This document shows, in pieces, positions 27,355 through 34,226 of a stretch of DNA of 34,226 bases. Position numbers and translations under genes: made by a program. Numbering within the stretch: position 1 is the first letter of the stretch; each line of letters opens with the position of its first letter. The notes beneath the pieces were generated by a model, which did not search any database, was not told the DNA's origin, and was given only the letters and a program-made list of their open reading frames with translations. The stretch is from the sequence record SRR9188677_168, one strand, 5' to 3'.

Positions 27355-28233
27355 ATGGCTTTGAAGTTGATGCTGTCGGTTTGGTTGCGTGTGCTGCTGG
27401 TTTGTAGCCTGTTACTGACAGGTGCCAGCGCACATGCCGCCAAAGGTCTGGTCGACATTCCGCCGCTAAGCGCCGCTGTCACTGATTTGACGCAGACGCT
27501 GTCGGCAGAGGAGCAGACAGCGCTCAACGAAAAACTGTCGCAGTTTTCGCAGCAGAGCGGTTCGCAAATTGCCGTACTGATATTGCCGACTACACAACCG
27601 GAAGATATCGCGCAATTTGGCATCCGCCTGGCTGATGCCTGGAAAATTGGCCGCGAAAAACAGGATGATGGCGTCATCGTCATTGTCGCCAAGCAAGACC
27701 GTAAGATGCGGATTGAAGTCGGTTATGGGCTTGAAGGCGCTATCCCGGATGCGGTCGCCAAGCGCATTGTCGCTGAGCAACTCAGCCCCGCATTCAAACA
27801 AGGCCAGTTTTACCAGGGCTTGCATGTTGCGACAGATACCCTGATCAAACTAATCCAGGGCGAACAATTGCCGGCACCTGCCAAAGGGCAAGCTGCGGCA
27901 GGGCAACGGGGCTTGATGCACTGGCTGCCTATCCTGATGTTTGCTGCCATTTTTCTTGGCGCTATTTTGCGCGGCATGCTTGGCTCGTTTTTTGGTAGTG
28001 CCCTCACTGGCGGTGCTTTAGCTGTACTCGCTGGTTTCCTGGGTGCAACGCTTTTGGTCATGGGGCTGGTCGGCCTTGCCGCATTTATCTTCACGCTGGC
28101 CATGGGCGGCGGTCAGGGTGGTTTGCCGATAGGCGGATTCCCGGGCGGCTTCGGCGGTGGAGGCGGCGGCCGCGATATATTCAGCGGCGGCGGTGGCGGT
28201 TTTGGTGGCGGTGGCGCATCAGGAGATTGGTAA
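27355..28233 (+). CDS. TPM-domain membrane protein (YgcG-like) with Gly-rich tail
   Basis: Signal peptide (AHA), VTDLTQTLS, WKIGREKQDDG, RIEVGYGLEGAIPD, TM helices, GGGFGGGGASGDW. Confidence 0.92.
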   Translation: MALKLMLSVWLRVLLVCSLLLTGASAHAAKGLVDIPPLSAAVTDLTQTLSAEEQTALNEKLSQFSQQSGSQIAVLILPTTQPEDIAQFGIRLADAWKIGREKQDDGVIVIVAKQDRKMRIEVGYGLEGAIPDAVAKRIVAEQLSPAFKQGQFYQGLHVATDTLIKLIQGEQLPAPAKGQAAAGQRGLMHWLPILMFAAIFLGAILRGMLGSFFGSALTGGALAVLAGFLGATLLVMGLVGLAAFIFTLAMGGGQGGLPIGGFPGGFGGGGGGRDIFSGGGGGFGGGGASGDW

Positions 28234-28742
28234 TGAAACCCGTACACCCATTCAGACGTTTCTTCCGTCATCTCACCAGCCATCCATGGCAGGTCAAACG
28301 CCATTTCTCTGAGTCTGCGTTGCAACATATCGAACACGCAATTGCAGCGAATGAGCATTTGCATGCCGGTGAAATCCGTGTCGTGATCGAGTCCGGCCTG
28401 CCGCTTGCTGCCATTTTGCAAGGCGTGTCACCACGGCAACGGGCGATACAACTGTTCGGCCAACTGAATATCTGGGATACTGAACAGAACAACGGCGTGC
28501 TGATTTACCTGATGCTGGCGGACAAGGATGTAGAGATTATCGCTGACCGTGGCATACACAGGCACTTGCAAGCGCAGGGCTGGCAGCATATTTGCCAGCA
28601 AATGGAAGGGATGTTTAGAAGTGGGCAGTTTGAACAAGGCGTTACATACGGCATTACCGCAATTGGCGATCATCTTGCAGAATACTTCCCGCCTCAAGCG
28701 ACTCCGCGCAACGAGCTTTGCAATCACGTATTGGTGCTCTAG
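28233..28742 (+). CDS. TPM-domain protein (second type)
   Basis: GEIRVVIE, RAIQLF..L.IWDTEQNNGVLIY, EIIADRGI, NEL; translationally coupled (TAATG). Confidence 0.9.
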   Translation: MKPVHPFRRFFRHLTSHPWQVKRHFSESALQHIEHAIAANEHLHAGEIRVVIESGLPLAAILQGVSPRQRAIQLFGQLNIWDTEQNNGVLIYLMLADKDVEIIADRGIHRHLQAQGWQHICQQMEGMFRSGQFEQGVTYGITAIGDHLAEYFPPQATPRNELCNHVLVL

Positions 28743-29352
28743 TGTTTTGTCGGGCGGTTTATTACTGATTGCAGCCGGCACAGCGCAGGCTGACTTAAAA
28801 GATATTTATCGCATCTACCACACCCAGCCCAGCCTGACGTCATTCGAAATCTGCCAGGGAGGTGGCTGCACCCATTCAGATACATTGAAACTGGCTGAAT
28901 CCGAGTGGGATCATATACTAAGAATCTTCTCTCCCCTCCCCGAAACCGCTGAACAAGAACGCATCCAGATAGCCGAAGCCATCGGCATGCTGGAAGATAT
29001 CGTAGGCACCAAAACCGGCACTGCTGCTGATCGCGCCGGTACCTTTGGCAATAGCGATTACCAGCACCAGCAAGACTGTAATGATGAGGCCATTAATAGC
29101 ACTACCTATATGCGTTTGATGCAGCAGGCGGGCTTGATACGCTTTCACACCATTCAGGATACCCGCACCCGCAAATTCTTCTTTACCGGCTGGCCACATA
29201 GCACTGCGGTTATTCGCGAGAATGATACCCAGGCTGAGTTTGCGGTCGACAGCTGGTTTTACGATAATGGTCATGCCGCGACTATCGTGCCGATGGCGCA
29301 ATGGAAAGATGGCTATATTCCTGAAGACAGCCCGATTCACCATCGAGAATAA
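28675..29352 (+). CDS. Putative exported protein with a Cys-His-Asp (papain/transglutaminase-like) motif set
   Basis: Signal-like SVLSGGLLLIAAGTAQA-D; ICQGGGC; QDCNDEAINST, WPHSTAVI, AVDSWF.DNG. Start uncertain (TTG 28675 assumed). Confidence 0.65.
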   Translation: MQNTSRLKRLRATSFAITYWCSSVLSGGLLLIAAGTAQADLKDIYRIYHTQPSLTSFEICQGGGCTHSDTLKLAESEWDHILRIFSPLPETAEQERIQIAEAIGMLEDIVGTKTGTAADRAGTFGNSDYQHQQDCNDEAINSTTYMRLMQQAGLIRFHTIQDTRTRKFFFTGWPHSTAVIRENDTQAEFAVDSWFYDNGHAATIVPMAQWKDGYIPEDSPIHHRE

Positions 29353-29445
29353 ACCCAGCTTATTTGCTGACTTGTTTACTTGCTGACTAGCGCCGCATTT
29401 AAGGCTAGAATTCGGCCTTTAGAATTCTGTTAGAACTCCATTCTT

Positions 29446-31155
29446 ATGCGCGCATCACAATTTTTCATTGCTACCCAAAAAGAAGCACCTTCAGATGCTG
29501 AACTGATCAGCCATAAACTGATGGTCAGGGCCGGGCTTATCAAAAAGTTAGGCAGCGGGCTGTATAGCTGGATGCCACTAGGTTTGCGCGTGTTACGTAA
29601 AGTAGAAAATATCGTGCGTGACGAAATGAACAAGGCAGGCGCACTGGAATTACTGATGCCAGCCGTGCAACCTAAAGAATTATGGGAAGAGACCGGTCGC
29701 TGGGCAGTGTTTGGCCCGCAGATGCTCAAAATCCAGGACAGGCACGAACGTGACTTCTGTTTTGGCCCGACACACGAAGAAGTGATTACTGACATCGCGC
29801 GTAAGGAAATCAGCAGCTACAAACAATTACCGCTGAATTTCTACCAGATCCAGACCAAATTCCGTGACGAGATCCGTCCGCGGTTCGGCGTGATGCGTGC
29901 CCGTGAATTCCTGATGAAAGATGCTTACTCTTTCCATACCAGCGTTGATTGCCTGGTGGAAACTTACAACAGTATGCACACCGCTTACAGCAATGTGTTT
30001 ACCCGGTTAGGGCTCAAGTTCCGTGCAGTAAAAGCCGACTCCGGCGCGATTGGTGGCGATGGTTCGCAAGAGTTTCATGTACTCGCCGACAGCGGCGAAG
30101 ACGCTCTGGCTTACTGTGAAGACTCTGATTATGCGGCTAACGTCGAGATGGCTGAAGCAATATCGAATACCAGCCGCCCGGCCGCCACTGAAGCCATGCG
30201 TGAAGTCGATACCCCTAAGCAAACCACCTGTGAAGACGTGGCTAAACTGCTGGAAGTACCAGTGGCTAAAACGGTCAAGTCTGTCGCTTTAATGGTTGAT
30301 GAAGTATTCACACTGGCTTTACTGCGTGGCGACCACCAGTTGAACGAAGTGAAATTCGGCAAAGTGGAGGGCGTACAAAATTTCAGCCTGGCGACTGAAG
30401 AAGAAATTCGCGCTAATTTAAGCTGCCCGCCAGGCTTTATCGGCCCGGTCGGCGTCAATGGCAATGTGCGCGTGATTGCCGACAGGGCAGTGGCAGTGTT
30501 AAGCGATTTTGTGTGCGGCGCCAATAAGCCTAAATTCCATTTGGCGGGAGTCAATTTTGGCCGCGATTTGCCAGAACCGGTGATTGTGGCTGACATCCGT
30601 AACGTGGTGGCAGGTGATGCCAGCCCGGATGGTAAAGGCACGCTGAATTTATGTCGCGGCATTGAAGTCGGGCATATCTTCCAGTTGCGCACCAAATACT
30701 CTGAAGCCATGCAGGCGACTTACCTGGACGAAAACGGGCAGTCGCAAGTGATGGAAATGGGCTGTTACGGTATTGGTGTGTCACGGATTGTCGGCGCGGC
30801 GATTGAACAGGGCCATGATGACAAAGGCATTATTTTTCCTCGCAGCATGGCGCCGTTTGATGTGGTGATCTGCCCGATTGGCCTGGATAAAAGTGATGCA
30901 GTGAAACAAGCTGCGTTTGATTTGTACAAGCAGTTGCAGCAGGCTGGCGTAGATGTGTTGCTGGATGACCGCGGCGAGCGCCCGGGCGTGATGTTTGTTG
31001 AAAGTGACCTGATGGGCGTCCCGCATCGTATCGTGATTGGTGACCGTGGTCTGGCCGAAGGTAAAGTGGAATACAAAGGCCGTACCGATGCCGAGGCACA
31101 GAACTTGCAATTGGCTGACAGTGTTGCGTTTTTACGTGACAAACTTGGGCATTAA
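29446..31155 (+). CDS. proS: Proline--tRNA ligase (with INS editing domain)
   Basis: [56 protein letters not shown]. Confidence 0.98.
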   Translation: MRASQFFIATQKEAPSDAELISHKLMVRAGLIKKLGSGLYSWMPLGLRVLRKVENIVRDEMNKAGALELLMPAVQPKELWEETGRWAVFGPQMLKIQDRHERDFCFGPTHEEVITDIARKEISSYKQLPLNFYQIQTKFRDEIRPRFGVMRAREFLMKDAYSFHTSVDCLVETYNSMHTAYSNVFTRLGLKFRAVKADSGAIGGDGSQEFHVLADSGEDALAYCEDSDYAANVEMAEAISNTSRPAATEAMREVDTPKQTTCEDVAKLLEVPVAKTVKSVALMVDEVFTLALLRGDHQLNEVKFGKVEGVQNFSLATEEEIRANLSCPPGFIGPVGVNGNVRVIADRAVAVLSDFVCGANKPKFHLAGVNFGRDLPEPVIVADIRNVVAGDASPDGKGTLNLCRGIEVGHIFQLRTKYSEAMQATYLDENGQSQVMEMGCYGIGVSRIVGAAIEQGHDDKGIIFPRSMAPFDVVICPIGLDKSDAVKQAAFDLYKQLQQAGVDVLLDDRGERPGVMFVESDLMGVPHRIVIGDRGLAEGKVEYKGRTDAEAQNLQLADSVAFLRDKLGH

Positions 31156-31219
31156 CTAGTAGGCTTTATTGCTTCTGTTCTGCGCCTGGATCGCTTCTCT
31201 ATTGCATAGAATAGGCAAG

Positions 31220-31852
31220 ATGAATAAACCACGCTTTTTACCTGCTGCCATGATGTTGACCGGCCTGTTGTTATGGTCGTCACTCACCTTGGCCGGTAAC
31301 CAGAAAGAAGAGCCGTTAGCTAACAGCGTCAAATCTGTGATGCAAAAATCAGTCAGCGATGTGGCAGCACCTCGCTTGCTGTTCGATACCGAGCAAACCG
31401 CACAGCAATGGTTGCAGGAAATGTCAGTGCGGTTAACAAAACGCATGCCGGATACACAATACCGCGAAGATTTTTTAAAGTCAGTGCATTATGAAGCGAC
31501 GCGCGCGGGCCTGGATCCGCAGCTGGTGCTGGGCTTGATCCAGGTTGAAAGCGGTTTCAAGAAATATGCTGTTTCCAGCGTCGGTGCCCGTGGCTATATG
31601 CAGGTGATGCCGTTCTGGGTGAAAAGCATAGGCGCCAACGAACATAACCTGTTTGATATGCGCCTGAACCTGCGTTACGGTTGCACGATTTTGCGTCACT
31701 ACCTGGATATAGAACGAGGTGATTATTACCGTGCACTAGGCCGCTACAACGGCAGCCTTGGCAAGCCGGAATACCCTAACCTGGTGGTGGGGGCCTGGCG
31801 CAATCACTGGCATTATGACTCTCCGCTAAAAATGAATATTGCCAGCCAATAA
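31220..31852 (+). CDS. Lytic transglycosylase (SLT domain), exported
   Basis: Signal peptide, LIQVESGF (catalytic Glu), GARGYMQVMP, ALGRYNG; ATG 31220. Confidence 0.92.
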   Translation: MNKPRFLPAAMMLTGLLLWSSLTLAGNQKEEPLANSVKSVMQKSVSDVAAPRLLFDTEQTAQQWLQEMSVRLTKRMPDTQYREDFLKSVHYEATRAGLDPQLVLGLIQVESGFKKYAVSSVGARGYMQVMPFWVKSIGANEHNLFDMRLNLRYGCTILRHYLDIERGDYYRALGRYNGSLGKPEYPNLVVGAWRNHWHYDSPLKMNIASQ

Positions 31853-31864
31853 GGCATGATTGAT

Positions 31865-31902
31865 TGAATAAAAAACCGCGCTGCTGCGCGGTTTTTTATT
31901 CA
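31865..31902. terminator. Bidirectional Rho-independent terminator
   Basis: TGAATAAAAAACCGCGC-TGCT-GCGCGGTTTTTTATTCA, a 17-bp perfect stem between convergent genes. Confidence 0.9.
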
Positions 31903-31911
31903 TTAAAATGG

Positions 31912-32784
31912 CTACTTCACTACTTTGAATCCGTAATAAGTGCCAAACTCGCCTTCGTTCTCGTGATACACAAACAGCATGCCGTTGCTGTAACCGGCGC
32001 CATTGAAATGGTTGTGTGAACGCAGCTTCATGGTTTTAGGCAACGCACTTTTACCGACATACTGCCCATTCAGGTCAAAGATCAACACTGCTTTATGGTC
32101 AACATCAAGCAAGGCCAGTTCGTTACCCGCAACACCGGTAAACGCAATAAAATGGTCGCTGACGTCATCGTAAACCACTTGCGCTTTGCTGTAGTCCAGC
32201 TTGATTTCTTTTAGTTTCTCGCGCTGCTTCGCATCAACCACAAACACCAGGTTGCCATGTTCCTGTTTGGCATAATAGTGATTGGTTGCCGGGTCGTAGC
32301 TCGGCATCGTGCCTGCGTCACCAAACGCAGGATTGAACTGGTAAAGCTCATTAGAGCTCGTGAGCACTTCACCCTTGTTGTCCACGTCTAGGCTAAAGAT
32401 ACCGGTGTTAGGTGAAAAACCAGCGGCTGTAGAAATGTTGTAAGTGATGGTTTCAATCTTGTTGGAGTTTGCGTTGTAATACAGCGAACGGTTATCAAAC
32501 CCCGGCTTGGCAGAATTCACGTATTGGCCATTAGCGGTATAAGCATGCACTTCTGATTTTGAAATGGGCGCTTCAAACTCGCTACCCATAGGCGCCAGGC
32601 CACCATCCGCAATGTAGTAGTGTTGGTTGCCGGGCAGATAAGCGACAGTCATCGGGCGTGTGGTTGGTTTTTTGCTGAGCGGGATTTTAATACCGACTTC
32701 TGCTTCCGGCAGAATTTCCGCCTGGCTGGTAAGCGACAGGCATAGCAGTGCCAAACCGCTGAGTAATTTTTTATTCAATTGCAT
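31912..32784 (-). CDS. Exported hypothetical protein, beta-rich (propeller-like)
   Basis: Signal peptide (SQA-E), GGAG RBS, no further TM segments, repeated NGQYV motif. Confidence 0.75.
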   Translation of the reverse strand: MQLNKKLLSGLALLCLSLTSQAEILPEAEVGIKIPLSKKPTTRPMTVAYLPGNQHYYIADGGLAPMGSEFEAPISKSEVHAYTANGQYVNSAKPGFDNRSLYYNANSNKIETITYNISTAAGFSPNTGIFSLDVDNKGEVLTSSNELYQFNPAFGDAGTMPSYDPATNHYYAKQEHGNLVFVVDAKQREKLKEIKLDYSKAQVVYDDVSDHFIAFTGVAGNELALLDVDHKAVLIFDLNGQYVGKSALPKTMKLRSHNHFNGAGYSNGMLFVYHENEGEFGTYYGFKVVK

Positions 32785-32853
32785 ATCTCCGTGATCCTGT
32801 TTATGGGTGTTAGGTAGACGCTATTTTAAGCGGCAAGTTTAATGCAGCTTTGA

Positions 32854-33900
32854 TTAACGCTTCTTTTTATTAAGTGGTGCACGCGTAATCAGCATGGCAT
32901 CGCCATAACTGAAAAACCGGTAAGATTCCTGAATGGCATGCGTATAAGCGCGACGCAGTAAATCATAACCGCCAAAGGCAGAAACCAGCATCATTAATGT
33001 GCTTTTCGGCAGGTGAAAGTTAGTGATCAAGCGGTCGACCAACTGAAACTCAAATCCAGGTGTGATGAAAATATCGGTTTCGCCATGGTGGGCAAAAAGT
33101 TTCTCTGCACGCGCCACACTTTCCAGCGTGCGTAATGAAGTCGTGCCAACTGCAGTCACGCGCTTGCCGGCTTCACGTGCATGCAGAATCGCAGCGATGG
33201 TTTCTTCAGGCAGGTGATACACCTCGCTATGCATGTGATGCTCGGCAATATTATCTACCTTCACCGGCTGGAAAGTGCCTGCGCCTACATGCAAGGTGAC
33301 ATAGCATACATGCACACCCTTGTTGCTCAGTGCACTCAACATCTCGTCATCGAAATGCAGGCCTGCTGTTGGCGCAGCTACTGCGCCTTCATGTTTGGCA
33401 AATACCGTCTGGTAGCGGGTGTCATCAGCCGTATCAGCTGCATGTTCAATGTAAGGTGGTAATGGCAGTTGACCATGCTGCTCCAGAAAGTCATACCACG
33501 ATTCATTGCCAAGCAGCCGGATATGAAACATATCGGCATGACGTCCCAACACCTCTGCCTGGTAGCTGTTAGCCAAATGCAACAGGCTGCCCGCTTTTGG
33601 TGAGCGGGAAGCTTTGATTTGCGCGTAAGCCTCCTGGGTATTGAATACGCGATCTATCATTACCTCGATATTTCCGCCGGTGGCTTTTTGCCCGAATAGC
33701 CGCGCTTTAATCACCTTGGTATCGTTAAGCACCAACACATCGCCAGCTTCAAAATAATCGCTGATCTGGCGAAAAAAATTGTCCCGGATGGTGTTTGCAA
33801 TTGCGTCTACTTCCAGCAGGCGGCTTTGTGATCGATTTGGTAAAGGATGTTGTGCAATCAGGTGCTGCGGGAGATGAAAATCGAAATCTAGAGTTCTCAT
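32854..33900 (-). CDS. queA: S-adenosylmethionine:tRNA ribosyltransferase-isomerase
   Basis: DFDFHLP..LIAQHP, PLPPYI, YQTVFA, AVAAPTAGLHF, TLHVGAGTF, AVGTTS.R.LE, TNFHLPKS, FFSYGDAM. Confidence 0.98.
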   Translation of the reverse strand: MRTLDFDFHLPQHLIAQHPLPNRSQSRLLEVDAIANTIRDNFFRQISDYFEAGDVLVLNDTKVIKARLFGQKATGGNIEVMIDRVFNTQEAYAQIKASRSPKAGSLLHLANSYQAEVLGRHADMFHIRLLGNESWYDFLEQHGQLPLPPYIEHAADTADDTRYQTVFAKHEGAVAAPTAGLHFDDEMLSALSNKGVHVCYVTLHVGAGTFQPVKVDNIAEHHMHSEVYHLPEETIAAILHAREAGKRVTAVGTTSLRTLESVARAEKLFAHHGETDIFITPGFEFQLVDRLITNFHLPKSTLMMLVSAFGGYDLLRRAYTHAIQESYRFFSYGDAMLITRAPLNKKKR

Positions 33901-33922
33901 AAATCAAAAATATGGTTATAAT
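33894..33922 (+). promoter_or_regulatory. Putative sigma70 promoter for tRNA-Leu
   Basis: TTCTCA (33894-99), 17 bp, TATAAT (33917-22). Confidence 0.55.
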
Positions 33923-33953
33923 AGCTTCTTTGTTGTCCAACATTATATCCCAT

Positions 33954-34038
33954 GCCGGGATGGCGGAACTGGTAGACGCACTGGACTCAAAATCCAGCGC
34001 CGCAAGGCGTGCCGGTTCGATTCCGGCTCCCGGCACCA
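33954..34038 (+). tRNA. tRNA-Leu (anticodon CAA), 85 nt, long variable arm, encoded CCA
   Basis: Acceptor stem GCCGGGA/TCCCGGC-ACCA, D loop TGGTAGAC, anticodon arm CTGGA-CTCAAAA-TCCAG, T loop GGTTCGATTCC. Confidence 0.97.
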
Positions 34039-34045
34039 TGTAATA

Positions 34046-34145
34046 GCACAAAGAAGTCCGAAGCAGTCAAATTTAGCCCATAAATCAATGATTTACGGGC
34101 TTTTTTGTGTCCAAAGCAGTCCAAAGCCATCGTTTGACATCCATT
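34046..34145 (+). mobile_element. Putative att-arm region of a tRNA-integrating (P4-like integrase) element or its scar
   Basis: Paired 10-bp-period repeats GTCCGAAGCA-GTCAAA (34056) and GTCCAAAGCA-GTCCAAAGCC (34109) flank AATCAATGATTTA (IHF consensus, 34083-95); then TTGACA and an AT-rich tail. Confidence 0.55.
34076..34106 (+). terminator. Terminator-like hairpin after tRNA-Leu, containing an IHF consensus
   Basis: AGCCCATAAATC-AAT-GATTTACGGGCT followed by a T run. Confidence 0.7.
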
Positions 34146-34226
34146 AACTATCACCATGGGATTGATAAACTTGCATATGCAAAGTAAGCTACATGGAAAG
34201 CAATATATTTTATTAGAACTATAATT

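Noticed and set aside
28103-28230. GGC-rich low-complexity repeat and antisense poly-Pro ORF (28113-28421)
   Set aside because: It encodes the normal Gly-rich C-terminal tail of TPM proteins.
33749-34051. 100-aa minus-strand ORF (MVPGAGIEPARLAALDFESSAS...)
   Set aside because: It is the antisense translation of tRNA-Leu running out of frame into queA, a classic spurious ORF.
34046-34130. CRISPR-like interpretation of the short repeats after the tRNA
   Set aside because: Units are only 10 bp, with no unique 30-40 bp spacers and no cas genes; no CRISPR array was seen anywhere in the window.
34171-34182. Perfect palindrome TTGCATATGCAA near the window end
   Set aside because: Could be an operator for a gene beyond the window, but there is no context to support a call.

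Overview
A largely core-genome segment of a betaproteobacterium. Gene content and order suggest Methylophilaceae (inference). In order: nusB (partial) and ribH; an OFA-type MFS transporter; a solitary phoB with a tandem pho box; a tightly coupled GT-C / GT2 / GtrA / YdjC-deacetylase / lnt surface-glycosylation cluster; a small membrane protein with a pilin-like tail; glyQ-glyS-gmhB-plsC-YgjP; SRPBCC and DMT genes; a Fur-boxed bfd plus two complementary bacterioferritin subunits; SCO; ilvE and a CHCC zinc finger; murI; PduO-pcnB-folK-dNK-panB; tsaB-rimI and a catalytically degenerate UDG-like protein resembling DNA polymerase III psi (HolD); LemA-TPM-TPM and a secreted Cys-His-Asp protein; proS; an SLT transglycosylase; a secreted propeller-like protein; queA; and tRNA-Leu(CAA) followed by an integrase att-arm/IHF-like signature at the window edge. 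No CRISPR array, rRNA or intact transposase was seen. The best leads are the psi/UDG-intermediate gene after rimI, the amino-sugar transfer cassette coupled to lnt, the split-function bacterioferritin pair, and the LemA-TPM module with a putative papain/transglutaminase-like enzyme. Reference sequences quoted for comparison are recalled from memory and need alignment to confirm.
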